A program made the position numbers and the translations under genes. This document shows, in pieces, positions 46,744 to 59,470 of a stretch of DNA of 64,000 nt (its first letter is position 1; each line of letters starts with the position of its first letter). This DNA is from Halocafeteria seosinensis (Eukaryota), in assembly GCA_001687465.1 (NCBI GenBank), contig LVLI01000196.1, forward strand, positions 1-64,000, read 5' to 3'. The notes under the pieces were generated by a model. It saw nothing but the letters and a program-made list of their open reading frames with translations, was not told the origin of the DNA and did no database searches.

Positions 46744-49525
46744 ATGTTACGGGGAAGCGTCATTTGCATCCTCGCGTCCCTGGTGGTGGGAGCAGTGGCA
46801 GCTCCCTCGTACACGCTTGGGAACTATACAATCCAGTTCGCGTTCGAAGGAACCTGTGGCGTGCACGTAGCCAATGAGGATCTCAATGGCTCAGTCATAT
46901 TCTCGAGGTCAGCTTCAAGCTGTGACCATTGGATTACATTCGCCACTGGGAAGCGGAGGGTGGAGCAACATGGAGGGACTTTTCAATTCCCCGGGGATGA
47001 TATTGAGGAAGAGTGTGCAGGGCTGACCGACATCAATGTCTCCTCGTCTTCGGACAAAGGAGCAGCCACAAGCGTGACCATGGACGCGGTATTGATCAAT
47101 GCGTCGATGGCGTCATCGTGTCGAAAACGACGCTCAGCCAGTTTTCGCCTTGCACTGACGGAGAATGCTTCCCTCGAGTTCACGTTGAATGTGTCCAGTA
47201 GCACTCCTGATCCAAGAAACTCTACGACAAGTAACAATGGCACCCAGTACACTATCCCGTTTGAAGGAGTGATGATGGAACTTGACACGGAACCGGACGA
47301 GAGCATACTGGGATTGGGATTCCAATACACGTATTTGGATGTCAAAGGTATGACACGGGAAACCCCTCACGGAATGCTACCAAGATACGAAAGTATATGC
47401 AATGCGTATTTGTTATGCATACAGGAAGAAAAATACCTCTCTTTGCTCAAGAACAAGGTGTAGGTAGAGGCGCCCAGCCGGCTACGTTCGTTCTGGACGT
47501 TGCAGGCCATGGTGGAGGAGGCAATTATGCAACTGCTTACGGGCGCATACCCTATTTCCTTACTAGCTACAACAGAGGTCTCTATCTTACTGAGGAATCA
47601 TTTAGCCATACGGTTTTCGATTTCTCATGCAATAACTCTTCAAATCGGCCTCCAAGTTTTGGGGAAGTGCTGGAGCCAGTACAGGCTACTAGTGCATGCA
47701 ACTTTACTCAAGGTGCGCCGGATTCAAGCAGTGTGCAAGGATGCCGAAAAGGCAGAATTCAAGTTCTCGGGAGCATGTTCAATGGAAAGCTTTTAAGCGG
47801 ACTCAGTCCACTAAACATAGTCCAGCAATACAGTGATTATTCTGGAAAAATGGGTATCCTTCCGCGCTGGTTCAGCGAAAGGGGTATTCTTGGACTCCAG
47901 GGCGGGACAAACGAAGTAATTGAGTCAGTGCAGAAGGTGAAGCACTATATGTCCATCCACTTCAGTAATATCACAGTCTCTGATGTTTTAGGGGCTGTTT
48001 GGCTACAAGACTGGACTGGGCAGCGGAACTTCTCAGGAAATGGTCAATTGCCGCGAGTGGGTCTATGGTGGAACTGGGAGGTGAGTCCATTTCAAAGTAC
48101 TAAGGGCTGTGCCTCAACTCTGACGTGTGTTGCTTTTGCAGGTGGACAACCAACATTACCCAAATTGGCAAAGCATGATCCGAGAGTTGCAGAAGGAGAA
48201 TATAGCCGTATTAAGTTGTACGTCCAGCAGAGAGCAATGCAATGTATAAATCATAGAATTCGCTTCATCTCTGTGATTCAACAGATATTAACCCGCTTTT
48301 AAAGAATATTTCTGAAAGAGGGACTCCCTATCTGCGCAATTACTACGAAGAGGGACTCCAAAACAACTACTTCATTCGGGTCCCTTGTACCTCTGACGCC
48401 CCACACGAAGCGTCAACTAATGGCTGTATATGGTTGGGATACGGCGGAAGTGCCATGGTAGACCTTACTAACCCTTCAGCATGGAATTGGTACAAACGCA
48501 TCATCATTGAGAATATGCTTTCATTCGAAGGTTATCATGCGGCGCCAGTAGATGGCTGGATGGCGGATTTCGGTGAGTCAGTTCCACTTAACGCCTGGCT
48601 CTTCGATAGCTCCGTCGATCCTCAAAATTTTCACACCATCTATCCCAAACTATGGGCCCAACTCAATGCGGAAGCTATTAGCGCGGTGAATAGAACGGGA
48701 GAAGTTGTCTTCTTTACCAGATCGGAGAGCACCAGAAGCCCACAGTTTTCGACTCTTTTTTGGCTCGGGGACCAGCTTGTAACATGGGATGGTTGCGATG
48801 GGTTACAAACAGCAATCACAGGAATGTTAAGCTCGGCTTTGAGTGGATTTTCTTTGACCCATTCTGACAGTAAGTATCCTCGTTGATGTTGCACCCACAC
48901 AGTTTCAAAGAAAGTATTCTTGTTCGCAGTTGGCGGATATACTTCCCTTTATTTGCCGCCAATCCTGGACTATCGAAGATCGGAAGAGTTATTAATGAGA
49001 TGGTGTGAGCTAGCAGCCTTTACAGCCTCCTATAGAACCCATCTAGGGAGTCAACCTCGTTTTAATAGTCAAGTGCTCTCCAGCAATGTGACTCTCCATC
49101 AATGGGCAAGATTTTCGCTAGTGTTTCGGGCACTTTACTTCTACCGGCTACAGCTGATGCAAGAGGCGGCTGAGAAAGGAATGCCGCTAGTGAGGCCCAT
49201 GCCCGTCCAGTTTCCTACGCATCATTCAGTATGGGAACAAACGCAGCGCATGAAGTTGCAGTACATGTTTGGCGACGCGTTTCTTATCGCTCCTGTCACG
49301 GCTCCCGGTACGCTTCACGTCCTTGTGTGGTTCCCCAAAGGTTACAAGTGGATAAACGTTTGGTCTGACGCCTTTGTTGCTGGAAATAACCAGTGGAAAT
49401 GGATAGAAGCTCCCGTGGGACAACCGGCTGTCTTCTATGCTTGCCCTGATTCAGGTACAAGAGGAACATGTGAAACGGGTAGAGAGTTCGTTAAACAACT
49501 GAAGATGTACGGGCTCAGGCAATAG
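46744..49525 (+). CDS. Secreted GH31 glycosidase, YihQ/sulfoquinovosidase-like clade; about 4 introns
   Basis: Signal peptide, EQGVGRG, LGLQGGT, WLQDWTGQR, WWNWE, nucleophile motif GWMADFGE, WLGDQ, HSD-GGYT and RSEELLMRW...RTH. Confidence 0.85.
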
Positions 49526-52500
49526 ACTCTGCTGGAGGATCTTGATGCTTCGGTTGCTCTCCAACACGCCTGGCTCGTTTCTGGAGCCATAATGTCATGA
49601 TCTTACACGTGGTGAAATAGATTACATCCCAGCAAAACCTGCACGGAATATGGGTGATGTTATACGCGTGTCTTCGAGGCTAACATACAATTGTACGTAC
49701 GTGAATGGTTTGCCTCTAGCCAGAGCAGTCGTTTCTTGAGTACTCACCTGCCAGCAGGCAATTCCTAGCTGGAGTTTGGAAAATTCGTGTGTCCAACCAC
49801 GGATCTGCGCCACGCGACGACTATTTGACAGATACTTTTCCCTCCACTTGATTTTTGTGGCGAGAAACGATTGGCTTTTGTTCAGCACCTCGTTAGCACT
49901 GTAGGCTGCAGCTATCTCATTCTTATACCCTTGGACAAGCTGTAACGCCTCCGCACTCAACTGTTTCCAAGTGACTCCTTCTCTTGTGGAGGAGAAGGAC
50001 TCTAACGTTTTACTGTACTCCCACGTTAGTTCTTGGCTGGTGAGACTCTTTAGTCGAGAGAGTGGCAGTAGCCACTGGGACCAAGTTACCTGTTTTAGGC
50101 GCCGTTTGCACTCTAGAATACTATCTATGGTTGCTTGTATGCCAGCGTCCATGTGGATACCCCTGTTGTGTTTCTTCGAATCTACTGCACTTTTGCAACG
50201 GTCGGCCAGATACAGGATCTCGTCCTGAAAGAGAGTCCACTTGGTCACTGACCAAGCATGAGTATTAAGGCAGGACACCCGTCTGAACACATTGCCAGGA
50301 ATAAAGTCCTCGATGACGGATACTTCATCAGGACGCGAACAATACCAGTTATAAATACCAAGGAAGTAGTCGAGTATCTCCATGTGTTGATTGGACGCAA
50401 CACCCAATGTGGTCTCGCGAAGTGATCGCAAGAAGACATCTTGGTATCCGCACGTTAGAGCACCACTGTCACCATCGACAGTGGAGTTTCTTAAGTTTGC
50501 TGGCCCTTCGTTTGCGTGTGAGTCGAGGGTGTACGCGTAGACTTGCTCAATGATGCGCTCGTCCCAGCAAGCCCAAGCCGTGTCTCCATCGTAGTCGCCT
50601 CCGGCTAATAGCGATGCTGAGCGCACGTTGCCCGTTACCGGCAGCACAGCGACGTCTTGCAATGACGTTTCATATCTGATTACTCGCTGAAGGTTTAGAT
50701 TCGAGTTTTGCGAGCAACGGAACTTCTCAGTTAAGGACACTGCTCTGAAGACGCGAATATCGGATGGGTGGTAGCTGGGATTTCTGGCAAACAGCACCTT
50801 GCGTGATGTTAGTTTCCCTATACGTTCTTCACTTATGGATTTGTTCTCTTCGTCAAAGTAGAACGTCTTCCCTGAAAGAACGATGAAGACTTCGTCCGAA
50901 TCCAACAAGCCAGTTGGATCGGGAATGAGGATCACGCGCCTGCTTTTCACCATGGGAATGTGAAGCCTGTCTACCATCCGCGAATTCATCTCTTCAGAGA
51001 GACACTTCAAGGTCTCCCGAAAACGAGAGACCTGTTCCAGCCCTCGATTCCAAAGGTAGTCTAGCTCAGTTATTCTGTCCGGGATATCTGAGAAATGGTC
51101 GTCTTCCATGTCTTTCAGGTGTGAATCAGTGTTTTTGTACAGCAAGTTTAGCAAGGCAACCATGTCTTCGCTCGTCTGGCATTTGCTCAAGGTCTTCCTT
51201 GTGTCCGACACTATGTCTTCTACTGTTTCCATTTTCAGTCCCCATCCGTACAACAGAAGTAGCAACTGCGGATTGATAAAAGCAGGACCACTGTCTTTAG
51301 AGTAGCGTAAGACTTCTAAACGACGCTGGGTAGCATCACTTCCAAGAATGAATCGTGGTTCGTGGCCCTCATGTGGTCGCATGCAAATCTTTTCCATCGA
51401 AGGCCTGACACCGACACGGTTCGATGAGAAGCCAACATCCCTATACCAGATACCTTTATACCCTCCCAGTCGGCCCTGTATAGCTGAAGGGAGACGCACT
51501 CCACTCATTTGTATAAATTTCTTTATGGTATTTCTCCAGGCCTCTGAAATCCCCGAATGATGTAAATGGCATCGGCTGCCTGTTGTTCCTCGAAGGGAAG
51601 CTTCCAACTGACCCATAAGGCATTCGGCGCAAAGTACGCACTCCTGCTCTTCCCTTTGAGCGGCGAATAAGCAGGCGTACCTCCAAAGTCGCTCTTTAGT
51701 AGAGCAACTCTTAAGCTGTTGCCAAACTTTGAAGAGAGCCGAAGGCGAAATTCCGGCAGCTCCGTCGGTCATTACAGAATTGTGGGGCGGCGGTCCGATG
51801 TGATCACAGTGAGTGTACAGACTCACGAGGCTCCCATCGTCAATTTCTTGATATTCTACGTCAACCGAAGGGATGGTCTTAGAAGTAAGCAAATCAATCC
51901 TCGAATATTGTACGGGGATAGTCATGCCATTATTCCGGGGACACTCCGGTTGCAGATGCCAGTTCCAAACCGTGCGAACTGGGATGCTCGCTTCTCCTGG
52001 GAAAGATTCCGCAAATAATAACGCATTCTCTTCTCCGTACTTTCCATGGAAATATTTGAACTGTACGCCTCCTAGTGTGATTCCATATTCAAAAACGGCT
52101 CGTAGTTGCGCTTCACTAACATATCTTCGATCAAACGACATGGTCACAAAACGATGCCACCCGAATCTGCGGACAACTCTGGAATTCCAGCCAGTCTGTA
52201 TCTGTTGCAAGCGATACGTACAACCGGCCAGCGTGCCCTTATTGCGGCTACCAGAGCCATGTAGCCGCACATTGAGTACGGGGGAAATATGAGGCGGCAT
52301 TAATTGTGTCCCGAAAATCATGTGACAGTCTATGGTTAACGCTTGCCGCGTGGAAAGTGCTGCGGGCGCCTGACCAGAATTCTTCGCTGTCTGAGCATAC
52401 GTGACCACATACGACCAAGCACTAGTATGGTCTTGGGAACGAGGACTTTTGACGTCTCGGAACACATGCTTCAGTCTCCAAAGCAGCTCATCGAGTCCAC

Positions 52501-52627
52501 TCCATCGCTTCTGGGTTCCATCTTCAACGATACCGACGGGACCAGCGAAATGATGCTCCAGGAGGATCAGATGGAACAGCCAAAGCACAGGAACTTGCTG
52601 ATAATTGTCCCCTAGTAGACCACTCAT
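49515..52627 (-). CDS. Cellular RNA-dependent RNA polymerase (RNAi-type, QDE-1/RDR family); predicted single intron 49639-49700
   Basis: MTDGAAGIS, PSAIQGRLGGYKGIW, RPSMEK, IPDPTGLL, ARNPSYHPSDI, catalytic LAGGDYDGD, AVDSKK, and a spliced FCWDV terminal motif. Confidence 0.92.
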
Positions 52628-52868
52628 ATTGTCTGCCCCTTACACGACAAATAGCCCTAAATTATTACCCTACACGAAGTCCACGGCGTCATTTGAATTC
52701 CACAAGACAATCATTTCACAAGTGGCACATTTGATTGTTCGAATTCAGACTCCTTTACGGAAAGTGCTTCGCACGCACGCCACTATATGGGAATGTAGAC
52801 TATAGGTTGCTCTAATAGAGTAACAGGAGCTCCTCTATGAGTGTTTCTACTGTATCGGGGAAGGAAAA

Positions 52869-53399
52869 ATGAAGACGAAGCATAAGAAGGCCATCAAAAT
52901 GGCCAAAGGCTTTCGAGGGCGCAGTAAGAATGTCTACTCGATTGCCATGAATAGAGTGGAAAAGAGCCTCAAACATGCGCGTGTGGGACGCAAACAGAAA
53001 AAGCGCGACATGAGACAGTTATGGATTCAGCGCATGAACGCCGGATGTCGACAGCATGGACTTCGATATAATCAGTTTGTCAGGGGACTCCAAGTGTCGG
53101 ACATCGAATTAAATAGAAAAATATTAGCGGATCTCGCTGTTACAGAACCCTACAGGTATGTGTCTCTCCCGCGGGTGCAATGTTACGACCCAACCTACCA
53201 ATTGGCAATCAATCGGTGCAGTTTTAAAGCAGTCGTTGAAGCAGTGAAGGCTACTGGATTAAAGATTATGCAGGCTGCACAACCAGCCCAAGGGAAATCA
53301 AAAGATATAGACACACGTACAGATAGATATAAGCGGCTTGCACAGGTGGTATCGAAGGAGCAGGCCGCTAAAGAGGACGCTTATAGTACAGAGCGATGA
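52869..53399 (+). CDS. MRPL20: Bacterial-type ribosomal protein bL20 (probably mitochondrial); intron 53156-53221
   Basis: AKGFRGR, RKQKKRDMRQLWIQRMNA and LNRKILADLAVTEP-SF. Confidence 0.93.
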   Translation: MKTKHKKAIKMAKGFRGRSKNVYSIAMNRVEKSLKHARVGRKQKKRDMRQLWIQRMNAGCRQHGLRYNQFVRGLQVSDIELNRKILADLAVTEPYRYVSLPRVQCYDPTYQLAINRCSFKAVVEAVKATGLKIMQAAQPAQGKSKDIDTRTDRYKRLAQVVSKEQAAKEDAYSTER

Positions 53400-54078
53400 A
53401 GAAGCGACCTGGCGCATTAACCCTAACTTAAGTCTTACGGCCACTCCTTTCGACAGTTCTGAGAACGAACTCTACAATCAGAGTGGCTAAGTGGAGGGTA
53501 AACAAGGTCATTGTTGTGTCATTATTTGAAGATGTATATATGTGTTGGAGGTATCGTTTGTTTTTTGTTTTTTATTGAGTGGAATCACGAGGTATACGAC
53601 GTACGTGAGAGTACCAGTTCCAGAAGATGCTTCAGTTTAGGGTTCTCACGAATTCAATGAATACGACACTCATTTATTGAACTCTCCTTTGTTGGTATGC
53701 TTTGGGGCACAACATCTATATATCCTCATGGCAGTTGCTGCACTTCCTCAGCAGGATCGTTGGTTGAAGTTGACGTGGTAAGACAGAGAACACTGCTAGG
53801 GCGGCTTGTATCCGTCATAGAATCAATCGTTCGAATAGTTTGAGTTGTTACTGAGTACCTAGCTGCTGTAAATAATTCTTTGTTTTCCAATTGTACTCCT
53901 ACCGGTACTTAACATTAAGGTGTTTGGGAGCAGCAACAAACGGCACTTAACTCCGAAAGTCGTCACAGAACACATTCCCCATTTAATAGTATTTTGGCTG
54001 CTTACTGTGTTCTAAAGTTGAGTTCAGCAAGTTCTGGAAGTTGTACCACCATTCTACAAAGAACCAAAGTAAAAGAGA

Positions 54079-57000
54079 ATGTCATCGACCGCTGGACTGA
54101 AAGGCAATGGTATCATTGGATTGCGCCGTGAAGACAAAAACAAATGGGAACGACGGGTTCCTCTATGCCCTCATCATGTCGAGAAACTGGTGGTATGTAT
54201 ACCGGGAATCATGCGACAAAATTCGTTGGTGTGTCATGCTTGAGGACCTACCGGGTTCTCGTGCTTTTTTCCAGAAAGAACAAGGACTCCGAGTGCTTGT
54301 CCAACCCTCCAACCGCCGTGTCTTCCACGACGACGAGTACAGAGAGGTGGGAGCTGAAATCGCGGAGGATCTCTCACCGGCATCAACTATCCTCGGAGTC
54401 AAAGAGGTACCGCCAGCCGATTTGATCCCCGAACGTACCTATATGTTTTTCAGCCACACGATCAAAGCACAAGTAAGACTGGGAACCGGCACAACTAATT
54501 TGGCCGACTTGTAACCTGTATCATGTCATATGCTTCCACTCTTCGAACAGCCTGAAAACATGCCGCTTTTGGACAAACTTTGCGAGAAGCACATTCGGAT
54601 GATTGATTATGAGTGCATCAGGCAAGATGGTGATTATCATAAACCCCGTCTTGTGGCGTTTGGGAGGTACGCCGGAATTGCTGGTGCGATTGACTTCCTC
54701 CGGGGCTTGGGTGAGCGCCTTTTGTCTCTGGGGCATTCCACTCCGTTTCTGAATGTAGGTATCCTCTAGTGCTGTAATTGTTGTCAATGATTTTGAGGCT
54801 CGTGCTTGCAACATCTGTTAATACAGCTGGGCTCTTCATACATGTACCCTTCTCTCAAGGATGCTTATGACTCCATCCGCAAAATTGCGAAGACGGTTGG
54901 GAAGTATGGACTTCCGAGTGCGTATTCTCCTTTCATTGTTGGGTTCACCGGAAGGGGGAACGTGTCAAAGGGAGCACAAGAAGTCTTCCAGTTGCTGCCG
55001 CATGAGTACGTTAGCGTGAAGGATCTCCCGGCTATTGTTCGTGGTGACAAGAAAGTAGGGAACAAAATTTGCATGGTTGAAATTACTCAAGAAGCTATGG
55101 TCAGAAAGCGAAAGAACAACTCACCTATTCAAGAAGAGAAGGAAGAAGACACCTTTGAAATTGGGGACGATGCCCTTGAGCAAGATGACTCCGAGGGCAT
55201 GTCTCCGGATGCTATTCCGGCGTATGTCAAGCCCAATGAAGAGTGGATGGATCAGGATTTCGACAAAGAGCATTACAGGGAACATCCCACAGAGTATGAG
55301 CCAGTGTTTCACCACACAGTGGCCCCCTACCTATCAGCACTGGTTAACTGCATGTACTGGGACAGCAAGTATCCGAGACTATTGACCACTCACCAATTGA
55401 AAAAAATTTATGAATACCGATCTTTGCGAATGCTGGGCATTAGTGATATAAGTTGCGACTACATGGGAAGTCTTGAATTTCTGAAGGAGTTCACCTCAAT
55501 AGATGATCCATTTTACATCTTTGATCCGCTGCACGAGTCTGTCGTCCGTGGCGACATGGATGCACCAGGGATATTGCTTCATGCAGTGGACCACCTTCCT
55601 ACTGAGGTCCCTTCTGATGCCAGTGGGCATTTTGGGGATTGCCTGACTGCTTTCGTCTCCAAACTTGCCCACAGCGATGGATCCAAGCTGTTCGAGGAGC
55701 AAGATGATCTTCCTCCAGAGCTGAAGTCTGCTATGGTGACGTGTAACGGGGTGCTCACCCCATCCTTTGAGTACATCGATGAATTACGCCGATCCAGTGA
55801 AAGGGCCATGGAAAGCCGAAGACTAAAGAAAATTCAAGGAAGAATGGGGAGAAATGAGTCGTTTCTGACGTTGACTTTGAAAGGGCACTTGTTCGACTCT
55901 GGAATTATCAATCATGTACTTGATTTGATTGAGGACTCTTCGGTTTCTGCTCACATAACTGACTTGGATGTTGGTAAAAACAAAAACATTTCTACGGCTG
56001 TCCAAATGTCCTTGTTTGCTCCTGCAACCTCTGAACTTGAACAAATGGTTAACCGGATACGACAGGCAGCCAATAGCTTGAACACTTCTTTGATAGTTTC
56101 ATCCTCTGGTAATACGTCCTCGTCCAGCAATTTGAAGGGTAAAAACATCGTGATCGATACGCATCAACGCAACGTGCTGCTACTGGGTGCAGGGTTCGTT
56201 ACCCTTCCCTTGGTGAAATATCTGTTGAGAAAGGAGAGGAATTTTGTAACTGTTGCAAGCATGTTTGAAGAAGAAGCTAAAGAGCTCTGCTCTAAGTTTC
56301 CTCGTTGTACTCCGACTCTATTGAATGTCGCGGATCCTTCACATCAGAACAAACTTGACTCACTGGTGTCGACTCATGATGTTGTCGTGTCCCTGGTACC
56401 AGCACCGCTTCACCCCACGGTCGCTCGCGTGGCTGTGAAGCACAAGAAACACATGGTGACTGCTAGTTACGTATCGGAGGAAATGAAACAGTTGGATGCT
56501 GATGCAAAAGAAGCCGGGGTATGCATCTTGAATGAAGTTGGTCTTGACCCGGGTATTGACCACATGTCAGCCATGGCAATGCTTGAGGAAGCGAAGAAGC
56601 ATGGCGAAGTATTATCATTTGGTTCGGTGTGTGGAGGTCTCCCGGCTCCTGAAGCAGCGAATAACGTCCTAGGGTATAAATTCAGTTGGAGTCCCCGCGG
56701 AGTGCTGACGGCTGCTCTAAACACTGCAAAGTGGCTCGAAGCTGGGGAAGCAAAATGCGTACGTGGTGATCATCTGCTTACTGCAGCGAAGCCTTATTAC
56801 ATTTTCAATAATCCGGCTTTTAGTTTGGAATGTTTACCTAATAGAGATTCCACGGGATATCGTTCAAAGTATAGTATTCCGGATGTTCCAAACATCTTCC
56901 GCGGGACGCTCAGATACACAGGATACTCTTTGATCATGCACTCTCTAGCAGCCATCGGCATGCTCAGTCTCGAGAAAGATAATTACCTGGACTTTGATGA

Positions 57001-57682
57001 AAGCAATGCACCATCGTATAGAGACTGGACCGCCTATCATGCCCAGATCCAATACCCCGAAGCAGCTTCGGATGATGAAATTTTTGATCAAATCCTGGAA
57101 AAGGTTTACGAATGCCGAAAACAGGCGGACGCGGAGGGAGCCCTGCCGCCAGATGTTTCTCCCAATTTGACCAAGCATCAAAAGGTGCTGGTCACGGAAT
57201 CTCTAGTCTCTTTAGGGCTTATGTCAGATGCACCGATCTCCAAGGTGGATTCCAAAGCTCCTTTGGATGTGCTGGCGAGTCTTCTTCAGAATCTTCCTGA
57301 GATGTCGTACGGCGAAAACGAACGAGACATGGCACTCATGCAGCATGAAGTAATCGTTCGACGCCAGGATGGGCGACTGCAGCGCCATGTTTCCAAATTG
57401 TGCGAGTATGGGAACTCGGAGGGCACGGCAATGTCTCGAACCGTTGGACTCTCTGCCGCAATTGCTACGCAGTTGATGCTCGACAACGGCGGGGGTGCTC
57501 GAGTACCCGGTGTCACTTCGCCCATGTCTTCGTTGTGGTACAAACCCGTTTTGGAGCACCTCGAGGTCGAAGGCATCAAAATGGAAGAGTGCATCGAACC
57601 GCTTACTTCTTCACAGGCTGACAAAGTCCTCGTACGAATCTTGCCGAACTATCACGGCGTGGGTGACGATTCCACCACCTAG
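54079..57682 (+). CDS. AASS: Bifunctional lysine-ketoglutarate reductase/saccharopine dehydrogenase; 3 introns
   Basis: RREDKNKWERR, FFSHTIKAQ, RLVAFGRYAG, interdomain GHLFD, LLGAGFV, NEVGLDPGIDHM and YKFSWSPRG. Confidence 0.95.
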
Positions 57683-57911
57683 TTGGGTTGTTTCTGTTGG
57701 ACGCAGCCATGATTGACGGAACAAGCTCTTAAATACACACATGTAGTTTCTTTGTCTATGTGAACTAGATTACAGTCGGCATTGCTTGAGGTTTGTGAAG
57801 CGCGTCCATCCTCTCCTAACTCGAAGCATGATGCGTCGCAATGTTCATTAGTGTCGTAAGATAGTACTTACTCAGCTGTCGATTGTGCATTGCTGGGTGG
57901 AAGATTGAAGG

Positions 57912-59187
57912 ATGAGTGAACAAACGCACAAGCGGTCCTACCCCGAGGATACGGCGGATGATCCTCCGGAAACACACCACAATTCCAAGCGGCAGAAACC
58001 AAATGAAGCGTGCACGTCGGCGGAAGAAAGAAGAGGCGCAGCTACACCAGGAACGGCAGGTGTTTCTGTTTCTGTCTCACCTTCATCGGCTCCACGTGGG
58101 GCAAGCGCTACTGGTACGGAAGAATTAAATGCATTTGAATTGCAACTTGAATTTCCACTGATAAGAGGGTCCTTTGGTTGCTGCTTCCAGATACAGACAA
58201 CAAGGAAGGATCACCCACATTAGGTACTCCTTGGAAGCATCTCAGAGATGCTCCCATCCCGAATGTGCCTCCGGGAACGGGGATGTACACTAGCCAGGAT
58301 TCCAATGCCACAGGGAAACGTCACAACTACCTCTCCTGGGACGACTACTTTATGAGTGTGACATTTCTCAGCGCTATGCGGAGCAAGGGTACGTGAAATA
58401 TCATATGGCTAGCACTACTATTGCCAAATTCTCAACGAGAGTTCTGCTGGCACGAACGCAGATCCGTCGACTCAAGTTGGAGCTTGGTAAGCACTCGACA
58501 ACAGCACCTATATATTACAAGGGCCAGGAAGTATTTGTAGTTCGGAAACCCCCTCGCAGCATTGTAAACAACAAGAAGCGAATTGTAGGGATAGGTTATA
58601 ACGGGTTCCCCATGGGATGCTCGGACGATGCCCTTCCTTGGGCTCGCCGTTCATCAAGCGGTGGATCCCTAGATACGAAGTACCCAGTAAGCGGCAGCGT
58701 TGTTGAAGAATTCAAATTTGTGTATCATTCTGACAACTTTGATCGCTCTCTCAGTATGTTTGCCATGCTGAAATGAATGCTATATTGAACAAGAACTCCG
58801 AAACACTTCAAGACTGCTCGGTATGCTTGTGGAGTAAAAGATGCATATATAACTGCCGATAAACTGGTTTGTAGTACTTTGTACGCTGCAGATATACGTA
58901 GCACTCTTCCCTTGCAATGAATGCGCGAAATTGATTATACAATCCGGGATTAAAGAAGTAGTGTTCTTATCGGACAAATACTACAATACGTAAGTAACCC
59001 GAGAAGACCGCCGANGCCACAAACGTATCATCGCTGTACTCTTTCCTCGATTGTCAGAGATAGTATGAAAGCTTCGCGGCGGATGTTCGAGTTGTCCGGA
59101 GTAATGTGCAGGAGGCACATACCCGAGGCCCCCGCGGTTCTCATAGACTTCTCTTCAGTTTGGGATGACTTGTTAGAAGCGTTATGA
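57912..59187 (+). CDS. DCTD: dCMP deaminase; about 6 introns
   Basis: [40 protein letters not shown] and LFPCNECAK. Confidence 0.94.
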
Positions 59188-59470
59188 CTTGTGTCGCTGC
59201 ATTCTCAACAATTCAGCGTTCTTTGCTGTTTATGAAGATTGAGTTCTCTGGTTTGAGCGTCAACACAAGAAGAATGGCTTAAAGCCCGAATGTCGGACAG
59301 TGTTCCATGTTAGATTACACTTGTCACGCCATCTATATACGGACGAAGGTCTCATTAACGCACTCTGTCCAAGGAACGAACAATTTTTTATAGAATCCAT
59401 TTCCTTCTACTGTTCGCGAAGAATAATTGTTTTGGCTAGAGTTCTCCTCCACTTTGTCAAACTGATCAAC

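Noticed and set aside
49515..52627. RdRP as an endogenous RNA virus
   Set aside because: It has the DxDGD double-psi-barrel motif of cellular RdRPs rather than the viral GDD palm motifs, and no viral genes flank it.
31935..53399. uS17 and bL20 as bacterial contamination or recent HGT
   Set aside because: bL20 has a spliceosomal intron, both have C-terminal extensions, and both sit among eukaryotic genes. They are best explained as nuclear-encoded organellar proteins.
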